A DNA stretch of 60,265 nucleotides, filler included. It is 4 parts of 4 records of this genome, joined end to end, with 100 filler letters (N's around TTAATTAATTAA, not from the genome) between each part and the next. Parts side by side here need not be neighbours in the genome. Positions count along the whole stretch, not along the records: positions 1 to 20,074 come from DRR378314_2572; positions 20,175 to 29,629 come from DRR378314_2573; 2 more parts are not named here. One strand, 5' to 3'. Positions 10,164-20,230 of this stretch are shown here, in pieces. The notes under the pieces are model-generated. The model was not told the DNA's origin. It did no database searches and worked only from the letters and a program-made list of their open reading frames with translations. How positions within the stretch are numbered: the stretch's first letter is position 1; every line of letters starts with the position of its first letter. The position numbers and the translations under genes were made by a program.

Positions 10164-10961
10164 TCACCCCCAGGTGATGGCGATCAGGAAACACAGGGCG
10201 CCCGCGCCCAGCATACCGTCAAAGCGGTCAAAGACGCCGCCATGCCCCGGAATGAGCTGACTGGAGTCTTTGACGTTCAAACGTCGCTTCAGCGCGCTTT
10301 CGGCGATATCGCCGGCCTGGCTCGCCATGGCAACACCGGCGGAGATCCAGATGAGGTTTGCAGGCAGTCCCGCCAGAAGCGCAAACAGCAGCCCGACCAC
10401 CGCAGCAGCGGCCCAGCCCCCCGCTGTACCGGACCATGTTTTCTTAGGGCTGACGGCAGGCCAGAACTTGCGCCCGCCAAAATGCTTGCCAACGAAGTAT
10501 CCCGCCACATCCGTCGCAACCACCACGCAGATGAGCCAGAAGGTCCAACTGACACCGTAAGCCTCTCGCAGCCAGATCAAGCCAAACCCGCCAAACAGCA
10601 CCCACCCCGCCATTGTCAGAAAGGACCGGCGCTGGCGTTCGAGTATCCAGGCGCCAAACACCAGCGGAAAGGCCAGGACAAGAGGCGTCACCACAAGCGG
10701 CAGAAAGGAGGACACGAACACCGTCAGCGCGGCAACCGCCCCGCAACCGATGGCGGAAAGCGACAGGTCAGCGTCGTACATCCGCAGCATTTCCCAGAAC
10801 ACTGCCCCAACAGCGACAGAGACGAAGACCGCAAAGGCCACGCCACCAAAATGGATGGATGCGCCCCCCAAGCCAAGCAACACTATGGCAGAGAGCGTGC
10901 GTGCGCCGAGATCTGACCAGCGCCCCGCTTTGGGACCTGGCGAAGAGCCCTGAGCGCTCAT
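10164..10961 (-). CDS. cdsA: Phosphatidate cytidylyltransferase CdsA
   Basis: Motifs SPKKTWSG, GDIAESALKR and KDSSQLIPGHGGVFDRFD. The ATG at 10961 overlaps the uppS stop. Confidence 0.95.
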   Translation of the reverse strand: MSAQGSSPGPKAGRWSDLGARTLSAIVLLGLGGASIHFGGVAFAVFVSVAVGAVFWEMLRMYDADLSLSAIGCGAVAALTVFVSSFLPLVVTPLVLAFPLVFGAWILERQRRSFLTMAGWVLFGGFGLIWLREAYGVSWTFWLICVVVATDVAGYFVGKHFGGRKFWPAVSPKKTWSGTAGGWAAAAVVGLLFALLAGLPANLIWISAGVAMASQAGDIAESALKRRLNVKDSSQLIPGHGGVFDRFDGMLGAGALCFLIAITWG

Positions 10962-11728
10962 GTCTTGACCGCGCCGAACCGACGGTCCCGGCGGCCATAA
11001 CTGCTGCACAACCGCCCCAGTTCCTCGGCAGTGAAATCGGGCCAGAGCGTATCGATGAACTCATACTCGGCATAGGCAGACTGCCACAGCAGGAAATTCG
11101 AGATCCGCGCCTCGCCCGAGGTCCGGATCACCAAATCAGGGTCTGGCAGCACACGGGTGTCAAGGTAACGCGGCAGGGTTTCCTGATCCACGCTTTCGGG
11201 ATCCAGCTTGCCGCTCGCCACATCCTGTGCCAGCCTTTTGGTGGCGCGGGCGACCTCGTCGCGTCCACCGTAGTTCAGGGCGATGGTCAGATGCGTGCCA
11301 TCGTTGCCCGCCGTCTCTCGTTCCAGCGCATCCATCAGCTGGATCAGCTTGGCATCGAGTTTGACCCGGTCGCCAATAAACCGCACCCTGACATTCTTGG
11401 CGGCCAGCGCTTTCATCTCCTTGGAGATATATCGGCGAAACAGGCTCATGAGGCCCGCGACCTCCACCTGTGTGCGTTTCCAGTTCTCGGTCGAGAAGGC
11501 AAATATCGTCAGGTACTTAACGCCAAGGCCCGGGCAGCACTCGACCACCTCGCGCACCCGTCGGGCGCCTGCGTGGTGGCCAAACAACCGTGGCCGCCCG
11601 CGCATCTGCGCCCAACGGCCATTGCCGTCCATGATGATCGCCACATGCCTCGGGCCGCCACCGGAGCCCGGTGACGCTGTGTCTGTTCCGGCCTTGGCCG
11701 GGGCTCCGCGGTTCGTCCCGAGTGACAT
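10958..11728 (-). CDS. uppS: Undecaprenyl diphosphate synthase (isoprenyl transferase)
   Basis: Motifs HVAIIMDGNGRWA, FSTENWKR and IRTSGEARISNFLLWQ. Confidence 0.97.
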   Translation of the reverse strand: MSLGTNRGAPAKAGTDTASPGSGGGPRHVAIIMDGNGRWAQMRGRPRLFGHHAGARRVREVVECCPGLGVKYLTIFAFSTENWKRTQVEVAGLMSLFRRYISKEMKALAAKNVRVRFIGDRVKLDAKLIQLMDALERETAGNDGTHLTIALNYGGRDEVARATKRLAQDVASGKLDPESVDQETLPRYLDTRVLPDPDLVIRTSGEARISNFLLWQSAYAEYEFIDTLWPDFTAEELGRLCSSYGRRDRRFGAVKT

Positions 11729-11737
11729 AATGGCTGA

Positions 11738-12301
11738 TCAGACCTGCATGATTTCGGCTTGTTTGGTTTCCAACGCGTCGTCGATGACCTTGATCATCTT
11801 GTCGGTCAGTTCCTGCACCTCGGCCTCCCAGAACTTCTGGTCATCCTCGGACATGCCGTCGGCTTTGGCTTTCTTGATCTGGTCCATGCCGTCGCGGCGC
11901 ACGTTGCGGATCGACACGCGGGCGTGTTCGGTATACTGGCCCGCCACCTTGGTCAGCTCGCGGCGACGTTCCTCGTTCAGCTCCGGGATTGGCAGCATGA
12001 TGATGGTGCCATTGAGCTGCGGATTGATGCCAAGCCCGCTTTCGCGGATCGCTTTTTCCACCTTGTTGACCAGGCCCTTGTCCCAAACGTTGATGGTGAC
12101 CATGCGAGGCTCCGGCACGTTCACGGTGCCCACCTGGTTGATCGGTGTCATCGAGCCATAGGCATCCACCATCACCGGTTCCAGCATGGAACCAGAGGCG
12201 CGCCCGGTCCGCAAAGATGCAAATTCGGTTTTCAGGTTGGCCAGGGCACCGTCCATGCGGCGCTTCAGATCGTCGGTGTCGAGTTCGAAGTTTTCAGACA
12301 T
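11738..12301 (-). CDS. frr: Ribosome recycling factor
   Basis: Motifs [18 protein letters not shown] and RNVRRD. Confidence 0.97.
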   Translation of the reverse strand: MSENFELDTDDLKRRMDGALANLKTEFASLRTGRASGSMLEPVMVDAYGSMTPINQVGTVNVPEPRMVTINVWDKGLVNKVEKAIRESGLGINPQLNGTIIMLPIPELNEERRRELTKVAGQYTEHARVSIRNVRRDGMDQIKKAKADGMSEDDQKFWEAEVQELTDKMIKVIDDALETKQAEIMQV

Positions 12302-12477
12302 GCTGCTCTCCCCTTGCTTGAGGCGGTCTTGAGGACGGCTATTACGCCATCATATGTGTATTGTATAGCGATCTCAGTGGGTAAATACCCGCGAAACCGG
12401 CAGTTGAACGCAATTTTGCAGGCAGAACGCGCATCGCAACACCGACCCGCGCCCTGTCCCACAGCCCCTCACGCGAT

Positions 12478-13227
12478 TCAGCCGTGAACCTTGGTATAGG
12501 TGCCTTCTCCGGCCAGAACGCCGCGAAACCCGCCCGGTTCATCAAGGCTAAAGACGATCAGCGGCAGGTTGTTGTCCCGCGCCAGCGCGATGGCCGAGGC
12601 ATCCATGACCTTGAGCCGTTTGGCGAGCACATCATCATAGCTGATGCTGTCGTAGCGTTTGGCTTCCGGGTTGGTCTTGGGGTCCATGTCATAGACACCA
12701 TCAACACCGTTCTTGCCCATGAAGATCGCTTCGCAGTTCATCTCGTTTGCACGCAGAGTCGCGGCGGTGTCGGTGGTGAAGTAGGGATTGCCCGTGCCTG
12801 CGGCAAAGATGCAGACCCGCTTTTTCTCCAGGTGGCGCACGGCACGGCGGCGGATGTAGGGTTCTGCAACCTCATCCATCCGAATGGCCGAGATGACACG
12901 GGTGAAGACACCTTCATCCTCCAGCGCCGACTGCATCCCCAGCGCGTTCATCACGGTGGCCAGCATTCCCATGTAGTCTGCAGTGGTACGCTCCATCCCC
13001 TGCGCCGACCCAGACAGGCCGCGGAAGATGTTGCCGCCGCCGATCACCATGCAGATCTCGACGCCGAGATCATGCACGGATTTCACTTCCTGGGCGATTC
13101 TGCGCACGGTTGGCGGATGCAGGCCGAAACCCTGCGTCCCCATGAGGGCCTCGCCGGAAATCTTCAACATCACACGGTTATAGCCTGCGGCCGTCGAGAC
13201 GTCCGGTTGATCTGAGCTCTGGGGCAT
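12478..13227 (-). CDS. pyrH: UMP kinase
   Basis: Motifs [16 protein letters not shown] and [10 protein letters not shown]. Confidence 0.97.
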   Translation of the reverse strand: MPQSSDQPDVSTAAGYNRVMLKISGEALMGTQGFGLHPPTVRRIAQEVKSVHDLGVEICMVIGGGNIFRGLSGSAQGMERTTADYMGMLATVMNALGMQSALEDEGVFTRVISAIRMDEVAEPYIRRRAVRHLEKKRVCIFAAGTGNPYFTTDTAATLRANEMNCEAIFMGKNGVDGVYDMDPKTNPEAKRYDSISYDDVLAKRLKVMDASAIALARDNNLPLIVFSLDEPGGFRGVLAGEGTYTKVHG

Positions 13228-13369
13228 GTTGCGCTCCGCAATATGTCGGGGTTAAATCTCGCGGCAAAATGAAGCAAAAGCGGCCAAGGATCAATCCGAA
13301 CGGCCGGATTATTGCCGATCCGGCCTCAGGCGGCCCTGCCCCGAACCAATTCTGCAGCGGAAGACATTG

Positions 13370-14233
13370 ATGGACATAGATAAAATCTCCAGCGAATTAC
13401 CTGTGCTGATCGCCGGTCCCACCGCATCGGGCAAATCCGCACTGGCGCTTGAGATCGCCGAACGGGACGGCGGGGTGATCATTAACGCCGACGCCAGTCA
13501 GATCTACGACTGTTGGCGCGTGGTGACCGCACGCCCGTCGCCGGCGGACGAATCCCGGGCACCGCACATGCTATATGGCCATCTGGCCTATGATGCTCCC
13601 TACTCTGCCGGACATTGGCTCCGTGAGGTGGCCCCGCTGCTACAGGGGTCGCAGCGCCCTATCATCGTGGGCGGAACCGGCCTCTACTTCCTTGCCCTGA
13701 CGGAAGGCATGGCCGAGATCCCGGCCACACCGCCGCATATCCGGGCTGAAGGGGATCAACTGCCCCTTGAGGAACTGACCAAGGAACTTGATCCAAAGAC
13801 CTCTGGCCGCATCGATATGCAAAATCGCGCCCGCGTTCAGCGGGCCTGGGAGGTGCTACGTGCCACGGGCCGACCTCTCGCCGATTGGCAGGATGATACG
13901 CCGCCCCCCCTGCTGCCCCGCACCGCCTGCACCGGCCTGGTGATGGACACTGATAAAGAGTGGCTCGAAGCGCGCATCCGTCGCCGCTTTGCCCAGATGT
14001 TAGATCAGGGCGCACTGGACGAGGCGCGGGCGATGCAGGACCGCTACGATCCGGCCCTGCCCTCCTGCAAGGCGATTGGTGTGCCTGAGCTGATGGCCTA
14101 CCTGTCCGGCACGCTCAGTCTGTCGGACGCCGAGGAACAGGCCTCAATCGCCACCCGGCAATATGCCAAGCGGCAGCGCACTTGGTTCCGATCACGCATG
14201 TCGCAATGGGCAAAAATCACCCCTGGACCGTAA
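13370..14233 (+). CDS. miaA: tRNA dimethylallyltransferase MiaA
   Basis: GPTASGKS P-loop, DASQIY, VGGTGLY and [11 protein letters not shown]. Confidence 0.96.
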   Translation: MDIDKISSELPVLIAGPTASGKSALALEIAERDGGVIINADASQIYDCWRVVTARPSPADESRAPHMLYGHLAYDAPYSAGHWLREVAPLLQGSQRPIIVGGTGLYFLALTEGMAEIPATPPHIRAEGDQLPLEELTKELDPKTSGRIDMQNRARVQRAWEVLRATGRPLADWQDDTPPPLLPRTACTGLVMDTDKEWLEARIRRRFAQMLDQGALDEARAMQDRYDPALPSCKAIGVPELMAYLSGTLSLSDAEEQASIATRQYAKRQRTWFRSRMSQWAKITPGP

Positions 14234-14366
14234 AAACGGGTCTAAAACCCCACAAAACGGGCAGCCCGCGCCGCAACGCCAGTAAATCTTGCAATAAAAT
14301 TGAACGAATCATCGGCGCGAGTCACTGTCGCTTGAACTGAGACAAAGAAGTACTTTCCGCACCGCC

Positions 14367-15197
14367 ATGCCTTTTGACCCAAACGCTTCTGGACCGTTGG
14401 ATGTCAGCCCGCTGCTGCGGCTCCTGTCCGGCGGCGCGTGGCAGATCGAGCTGGCGCACGAGCGCAACTGCCATCTGCTGGTCTGGGTCACCCGTGGCCA
14501 GGGTCGTGCTTTACTGGATGGTCATTGTCGTGGGTTCGGATCTCACACGGTCCTGTGCATTCCCGCTCGCACATTGTTTTCGCTGGAGCTTGGCCGCCAA
14601 AGCTTCGGACAGGTGTTGCGCATCGACGAGACCATTCCCTGCGGGTTGCCGGAGGCACCGATGCAAATCCGCATAAATGATATGCAAGAGCAGGCGCGCC
14701 TCAACGCATTCTTCGATGCGATGTTGCGCGAGCAACAGCTTGATGACGATCACGCCACCCGCGCGATTTGCAGCTATGCGGATCTCGTCGGCATTCACCT
14801 GCAGCGGCTCTGGGCGAAGGCCCCCGAAAACAACAAAGCGCATGCCGCACGTCGGCTGTGCCGTGCGTTCTGTGCGCGCCTTGCCAGGGATGCCGAAGGG
14901 GCCTTCAACATGGCCGGGCATGCGGCCGAACTTGACGTGACACCAACGCATCTGACGCGGGTCTGCAGACAGGAAACCGGCAAAACCGCTGCAGCACTGT
15001 TGACGGAGCGCCAGTTGCACGCCGCTCGCAGTCTGCTGATCCGCACCACGCTGCCAATGCGCGACATCGCACAGAGTCTGGGCTTCGGAAGCGCGGCGTA
15101 TTTCACGCGCTTCATCACCCAACATACGGGCGAAACGCCGAGCGCCCTGCGCAAGCTTGCGCGAAACGCCTCCGGACCACAGGCCATACGTCACTGA
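14367..15197 (+). CDS. AraC-family transcriptional regulator
   Basis: N-terminal cupin-like segment and C-terminal double HTH (TPTHLTRVCR; IAQSLGFGSAAYFTRF). Confidence 0.9.
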   Translation: MPFDPNASGPLDVSPLLRLLSGGAWQIELAHERNCHLLVWVTRGQGRALLDGHCRGFGSHTVLCIPARTLFSLELGRQSFGQVLRIDETIPCGLPEAPMQIRINDMQEQARLNAFFDAMLREQQLDDDHATRAICSYADLVGIHLQRLWAKAPENNKAHAARRLCRAFCARLARDAEGAFNMAGHAAELDVTPTHLTRVCRQETGKTAAALLTERQLHAARSLLIRTTLPMRDIAQSLGFGSAAYFTRFITQHTGETPSALRKLARNASGPQAIRH

Positions 15198-15445
15198 TTT
15201 CGCTTGTCGGTCGCTGCGCTGTACAGAAGTGTCGATTTAACAAAAGCGACGTCGAAAATGTCGTATTTTTACTCTTGAGTGCCGATACTGTGCATTGACG
15301 TCGTGCCCCAACTGATGCCGTATAGTGGGGTTGGGGAAACATTGTGACAATTCAAACACCTCAGCGCGACATCGCATTGCCCGTGCCAGAGGACCTCACT
15401 CGCGAGGACGCCCGCCCAACGACGGTCTAGAACAGGGAGACATCG

Positions 15446-17110
15446 ATGACCACCACCACACTCAAGAGCTCGACCCCCCATTGGGCGGCAGAGATGCACG
15501 CGCAGGAACTGAAGTCCGGCAAACTGTCGCGACGTGAATTCCTGACCCGTGCCACCGCTCTGGGCGTCTCGACTGCAACCGCATACGGGATGATCGGCCT
15601 TGCCGCCCCGGCGCGCGCCGCTGGCGACATGCAGGACGGCGGCACCATCCGGGTGCAGATGAACGTCCGCGGCCTGAAGGATCCGCGCACCTATGACTGG
15701 TCCGAAATCGGCAACGAGAGCCGGGGAACGCTGGAATATCTGGTCGAATACAACAACGATGGCTCCTTCACTCCGATGCTGCTGGAAAGCTGGGAAGTCA
15801 ACGACAGCGCTGATGAGTACACCCTGAATGTCCGCAAGGGCGTGACATGGAACAACGGCGATGAGTTTACCGCCGAGGACGTCGCGCGCAATATCGCCGG
15901 TTGGTGCGATAAGGACATGGAAGGCAACTCCATGGCCGGTCGTTTCGGCAGCCTGATCGACCCGGACACCAACCAAGCGATCGACGGCGCGATCGAGGTT
16001 GTCGACAGCCACACCGTGAAGCTGAAGCTGCCGAATTCCGACATCTCGATCATTCCGGGCATGGCGGACTACCCGGCGGCGATCACCCACGCCAGCTTTG
16101 ACGCGGATGATGCACAGAATGCGGTCGGCACCGGCCCCTATCTGATCTCCGAACTCGAAGTCGGCGTGAAATGCACATTGACCCGCAACGAGAACCACAT
16201 CTGGTGGGGCGAAGAGGTCTTTGGTCGTCCCGCATTGGACAGCATCGAATACATCGACTTCGGCACAGACCCGTCCTCTTGGCTCTCCGCGCTGGAAGCG
16301 GAAGAAGTGGACATGCTCTACGAATCCGTTGGTGAATTCATCGACGTGATGGACTCGCTGGGTTTTGTGAAGTCCGAAGTTGTAACCATGTCCACCATCG
16401 TGATCCGTCCCAACCAGCTGGCCGAGATCGATGGCAAGAAGCCCTATGCCGATCAGCGCGTGCGCAAGGCCTTGCAGATGGCGATCGACAATGATGTCTG
16501 CCTGGAACTGGGCTATGGCAACCGCGGTGTTGTCGCCGAACACCACCATGTCGGCCCGGCGCACCCGGAATATGCCGAACTGCCCAAGCAGGAAGTCGAT
16601 GTCGAAGGCGCCCGCGCCCTGATGGAAGAAGCCGGCATGATGGATTTCGAGCACGAGATCATCTCCATCGACGACGACTGGCGCAAGAACACCACCGACG
16701 CCGTGGCCGCGCAGCTGCGCGACGCGGGTTTCAAGGTGAAGCGCACTGTTCTGCCCGGCTCCACCTTCTGGAACGACTGGACCAAGTATCCGTTCAGCTC
16801 CACCAACTGGAACCACCGTCCGCTTGGCGTGCAGATCTGGGCTCTGGCCTACCGCTCCGGCGAGGCCTGGAACGAGTTCGGCTGGGCCAACGAAGAGTTC
16901 GACGCGCTTCTGGCCGATGCGTTGGCGATTGCAGATGTCGACAAGCGTCGCGAAGTCGTCGCCAAGGCTGAAAAGTTGATCCAGGACGAAGGCGTGACCA
17001 TTCAGCCTTACTGGAAATCGCTGTTCCGCCACATGCGCGAAGGCGTCACCGGTGCGGACATGCACATCTCCTACGAGCATCACCACTACAAATGGGGCTG
17101 GGCGGCCTGA
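15446..17110 (+). CDS. ABC transporter substrate-binding protein, family 5 (peptide/nickel), Tat signal
   Basis: SRREFL twin-arginine motif plus [25 protein letters not shown] and GTGPY. Confidence 0.92.
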   Translation: MTTTTLKSSTPHWAAEMHAQELKSGKLSRREFLTRATALGVSTATAYGMIGLAAPARAAGDMQDGGTIRVQMNVRGLKDPRTYDWSEIGNESRGTLEYLVEYNNDGSFTPMLLESWEVNDSADEYTLNVRKGVTWNNGDEFTAEDVARNIAGWCDKDMEGNSMAGRFGSLIDPDTNQAIDGAIEVVDSHTVKLKLPNSDISIIPGMADYPAAITHASFDADDAQNAVGTGPYLISELEVGVKCTLTRNENHIWWGEEVFGRPALDSIEYIDFGTDPSSWLSALEAEEVDMLYESVGEFIDVMDSLGFVKSEVVTMSTIVIRPNQLAEIDGKKPYADQRVRKALQMAIDNDVCLELGYGNRGVVAEHHHVGPAHPEYAELPKQEVDVEGARALMEEAGMMDFEHEIISIDDDWRKNTTDAVAAQLRDAGFKVKRTVLPGSTFWNDWTKYPFSSTNWNHRPLGVQIWALAYRSGEAWNEFGWANEEFDALLADALAIADVDKRREVVAKAEKLIQDEGVTIQPYWKSLFRHMREGVTGADMHISYEHHHYKWGWAA

Positions 17111-17131
17111 TCTCTGATCGGCCACATCCTC

Positions 17132-17167
17132 TTGGCTTGCCCCCGACCTCTGTGCCGGGGGCGGCCA
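17132..17167 (+). terminator. Hairpin after substrate-binding protein gene (terminator or mRNA stabiliser)
   Basis: Inverted repeat tggcttgccccc...gggggcggcca with no U-tract. Confidence 0.45.
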
Positions 17168-17269
17168 GCTATCAACGATAAGACCAAACAATAAGACGGC
17201 CCCCCGATCCGGAAGACCCAGTTCCGGCACGCATCAGGGCCAGCTGACCGCCAGTCTGCAGGGGATCAA

Positions 17270-18322
17270 ATGGGACTATTCATATTACGTCGTTCAGGCG
17301 TGATGATCATTACGGCGTTGTGCCTGACGTTCATCGTGTTCTTTCTGACAAATCTCTATCCAAACCTTGAAAAGCTCGCCAAGACCGAAGGCAACTTCCG
17401 CATGTCGGACGAGGCCGTCGCAAGCTGGCTGGAGAAAAATGGCTATGCGCAACCTGTTGTCGTGAAGTACGGCCAGTGGCTCGGCGTCATGCCCGGATGG
17501 ACCCGCACTGCTGATGGTGAGGTCACCGGACGATGTATTGATGGCACCACAACACCGGACGAGGCCGCCACGGCACCACGTTATTGTGGTATCATCCAGG
17601 GTGACTGGGGGTATTCCACCCGCTTCAAGACAGGTGTCGGTGACATCATCGAAACCAGGCTCGGCAACACTGGCTACCTGATGATGTGGGTGCTGATCCT
17701 GATGGTCCCCTCGGCGCTGATCATTGGCGTTCTTGCGGGCATGCGCGAAGGCTCTGCCACTGACCGGTCGCTGTCGACGCTCTCGATCATGACCACCGCA
17801 ACGCCGGAATATGTCTCCGGGGTGATCTTCATCGCGGTCTTTGCCTCCTCCACCGTGGGGCTGAAATGGTTCAAGGGCACCGCAACGGCGGCGATGGAGA
17901 ATCCCACGTTCGAGAATTTCTTCCTGCCGGTGCTGACAATCGCGCTCTACGGCATGGGCTACATCGCGCGGATGACCCGGGCCTCGATGACCGAGGTGAT
18001 GACAGCCCAATACATCCGCACCGCGCGACTGAAGGGCGTGAGCTTTCCCAACATCGTTCTGAAACACGCTCTGCGCAATGCGCTGATCGCCCCCTTCACC
18101 GTCATCATGCTGCAATTTCCCTGGCTGCTGAACGGCGTGGTGATTGTGGAAAGCCTGTTTAACTACAAGGGCTTTGGCTGGGCATTGGTCGAGGCCGCAA
18201 GCAACAATGACATCGAGCTGCTGCTTGCCGTCTCTGTTGTTTCCGTCGTCGTGGTTCTGCTGACGCAGCTGATTTCCGATATCGGCTATGTGTTCCTGAA
18301 CCCACGTATTCGTATCTCATAA
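17270..18322 (+). CDS. ABC transporter permease (DppB/OppB-like)
   Basis: EAA-type motif YIRTARLKG...KHALRNA, GDWGYS and C-terminal LNPRIR. Confidence 0.92.
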   Translation: MGLFILRRSGVMIITALCLTFIVFFLTNLYPNLEKLAKTEGNFRMSDEAVASWLEKNGYAQPVVVKYGQWLGVMPGWTRTADGEVTGRCIDGTTTPDEAATAPRYCGIIQGDWGYSTRFKTGVGDIIETRLGNTGYLMMWVLILMVPSALIIGVLAGMREGSATDRSLSTLSIMTTATPEYVSGVIFIAVFASSTVGLKWFKGTATAAMENPTFENFFLPVLTIALYGMGYIARMTRASMTEVMTAQYIRTARLKGVSFPNIVLKHALRNALIAPFTVIMLQFPWLLNGVVIVESLFNYKGFGWALVEAASNNDIELLLAVSVVSVVVVLLTQLISDIGYVFLNPRIRIS

Positions 18323-18337
18323 GGCAGGAGGCATTTC

Positions 18338-19774
18338 ATGGATCCCTTGACCTGGACTGGCGCTCTTGCCTTCCTGAACCCGATCTACCAGATCACGCTC
18401 GTGCTGCTGGTCGCAGCGCTGGCAATCTGGATCATCACATCCGTCATCAGTGCCGGCACCCGGCAGGTGGCCAACGCCGATGGTTCCTTCACCCTCGCGG
18501 GCAATCCGCAAGCGATGGCGAACCTCGGCGTCAAACTTACCTTTCTGGTGGTCGCCATACTGTCCCTTGCCTATTTGCTGCTTGGACTGATCCTGGGCAC
18601 AAACGCAGGTATCGTCGGTGCCATGTCGCGGCAGATGCTGCCCACATGGACTGCGCTGGTGGTGCTTTTCGCCCTTTCGATCACCTTCAAGCGGCGGCTT
18701 GGCCTTTATGGCAAACTCTTCGACAGCCCAATCGGGATGATCGGCTTTGGACTGGTGATGTTCTGGGTGTTCACCGGCATCTTTGGCGCCATGGACCTGA
18801 TCGCCACCCATGATCCGCTGGGACAGGCCTCGGGTATGAAGAACAAGGTGCCCGGCACGCCCCTACGCGGAGCCGAGGAAGGCGAATATGCCTGGTACCT
18901 GCTCGGCGGCGACAACCTGGCCCGTGACGTGTTCTCTCGCATGGTCAAGGGCGCCTGGGAGGTGCTGAAATACGCCCCGCTCGCCACGCTTTTTGCCTTC
19001 ATGGTAGGGATCACACTCGGTCTGCCGGCGGGCTATTACGGCGGTCGCCTCGACACGCTGCTGTCCTTTCTCGCCAACCTCATCCTCGCCTTTCCGGTGA
19101 TCCTGCTGTTCTACCTGCTGGTGACACCCGAAATCGTAGCAACGGGGTTGCCGCAGTTCATGGCCGTGGTGCTCTTTGCCTTCCCGATGGTGTTCTGCGG
19201 CGTGCTAATCCACTCGCGGTTCCGCACTCAGCCCGGCAAGGATTACATGTGGCTGGCGATCGTACTGGTGCCGATCTTCCTGCTGTACATGTCGCTGATC
19301 AATGAGAATGGCAGCAAGATCGATTTCTGGCCGCTCGACTTCTTTGACATTCCCGGCGGTGTGCTGGTGGTGTTTGTCTCGGTGGTCTTCGTGAACTCGC
19401 CCACCGTGTTCCGGATTGTCCGGGGGCTCGCCATGGACATCAAGACCCGCGACTATGTGGCGGCCGCGCAGACCCGCGGCGAGCGCGCCTGGTACATCAT
19501 GCTGTGGGAAATCCTGCCCAACGTGCGCGGCCCGCTGATCGTCGATTTCTGCCTGCGCATCGGCTACACCACTATCCTGTTGGGTACGCTCGGCTTTTTC
19601 GGCCTCGGCCTGCCACCAGAAAGCCCGGACTGGGGGTCGACCATCAATGATGGGCGCAAGCTGTTGTCGATCTACCTGCATCCGGCCCTGCCGCCCGCCG
19701 TGGCGCTGATGAGCCTGGTGCTGGGGCTGAACCTGCTGGCCGATGGTCTGCGCGAAGAAAGCCTCAAGGACTGA
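18338..19774 (+). CDS. ABC transporter permease (DppC/OppC-like) with extra TM segments
   Basis: Motifs LLGGDNLARDVFSR, DYVAAAQTRG, PDWG and NLLADGLRE. Confidence 0.92.
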   Translation: MDPLTWTGALAFLNPIYQITLVLLVAALAIWIITSVISAGTRQVANADGSFTLAGNPQAMANLGVKLTFLVVAILSLAYLLLGLILGTNAGIVGAMSRQMLPTWTALVVLFALSITFKRRLGLYGKLFDSPIGMIGFGLVMFWVFTGIFGAMDLIATHDPLGQASGMKNKVPGTPLRGAEEGEYAWYLLGGDNLARDVFSRMVKGAWEVLKYAPLATLFAFMVGITLGLPAGYYGGRLDTLLSFLANLILAFPVILLFYLLVTPEIVATGLPQFMAVVLFAFPMVFCGVLIHSRFRTQPGKDYMWLAIVLVPIFLLYMSLINENGSKIDFWPLDFFDIPGGVLVVFVSVVFVNSPTVFRIVRGLAMDIKTRDYVAAAQTRGERAWYIMLWEILPNVRGPLIVDFCLRIGYTTILLGTLGFFGLGLPPESPDWGSTINDGRKLLSIYLHPALPPAVALMSLVLGLNLLADGLREESLKD

Positions 19775-19784
19775 GACAATCATA

Positions 19785-19833
19785 GCCGGGGGCGTGGCCC
19801 CCGGACCCCGAGATATACTGGGCCAAAAGAAGC
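19785..19833. repeat. Rhodobacteraceae-type palindromic intergenic repeat
   Basis: Hairpin gccgggggcgtggcccccgg followed by acccccgagatatactgggccaaaagaagc. From recollection it resembles a REP-like element common in roseobacters; only one copy is present here. Confidence 0.5.
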
Positions 19834-19869
19834 ATGTGAGACTTCGACCGGCCCACCAGGGAGACCAAG

Positions 19870-20074
19870 ATGAGCAAACTTGAAGAATATGACGGTCCGA
19901 TCCTCGAGATTGACAAGCTGTCGATCTCCTTCTTCACCCGCCTGCGTGAAATTCCCGCCGTGATGGATTTCTCCGTCGCGGTGCAACCCGGTGAGGCCGT
20001 GGGTCTGGTCGGCGAATCCGGCTGCGGCAAATCCACCGTGGCGCTGGGCGTGATGCAGGATCTGGGCAAGAACG
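19870..20074 (+). CDS. ABC transporter ATP-binding protein (DppD-like), 3'-truncated
   Basis: Walker A motif GLVGESGCGKST. The frame runs into the contig end. Confidence 0.92.
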
Positions 20075-20174
20075 NNNNNNNNNNNNNNNNNNNNNNNNNN
20101 NNNNNNNNNNNNNNNNNNTTAATTAATTAANNNNNNNNNNNNNNNNNNNNNNNNNNNNNNNNNNNNNNNNNNNN
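20075..20174. other. Artificial contig spacer
   Basis: N44-TTAATTAATTAA-N44, which places stops in all six frames. Base composition changes across it. Confidence 0.99.
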
Positions 20175-20175
20175 G

Positions 20176-20199
20176 AACCTGAATCAAGTTCAGGTTGAC
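20176..20199. repeat. REP-like palindrome at contig edge
   Basis: aacctgaa-tcaag-ttcaggtt followed by gac, resembling Bacteroidota CCTGAA-n5-TTCAGG-nTGAC repeats. Confidence 0.5.
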
Positions 20200-20230
20200 G
20201 AAAACTCGCATTTTAGCCAGTTTCCTCGTT

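Noticed and set aside
886..13215. Many long plus-strand ORFs over the envelope cluster (e.g. 1636-2604, 2712-3761, 6288-7277, 7815-8789, 10613-11674)
   Set aside because: They fully overlap well-supported minus-strand housekeeping genes and are expected shadows in GC-rich DNA.
15269..17230. 653-aa ORF on the minus strand
   Set aside because: It is the antisense shadow of the substrate-binding protein gene. Strong GC3 codon bias removes antisense stops, and it has no recognisable motifs.
20119..20130. TTAATTAATTAA repeated three times in the window
   Set aside because: It is always centred in N-runs of fixed length, so it is an artificial linker and not a biological repeat or att site.
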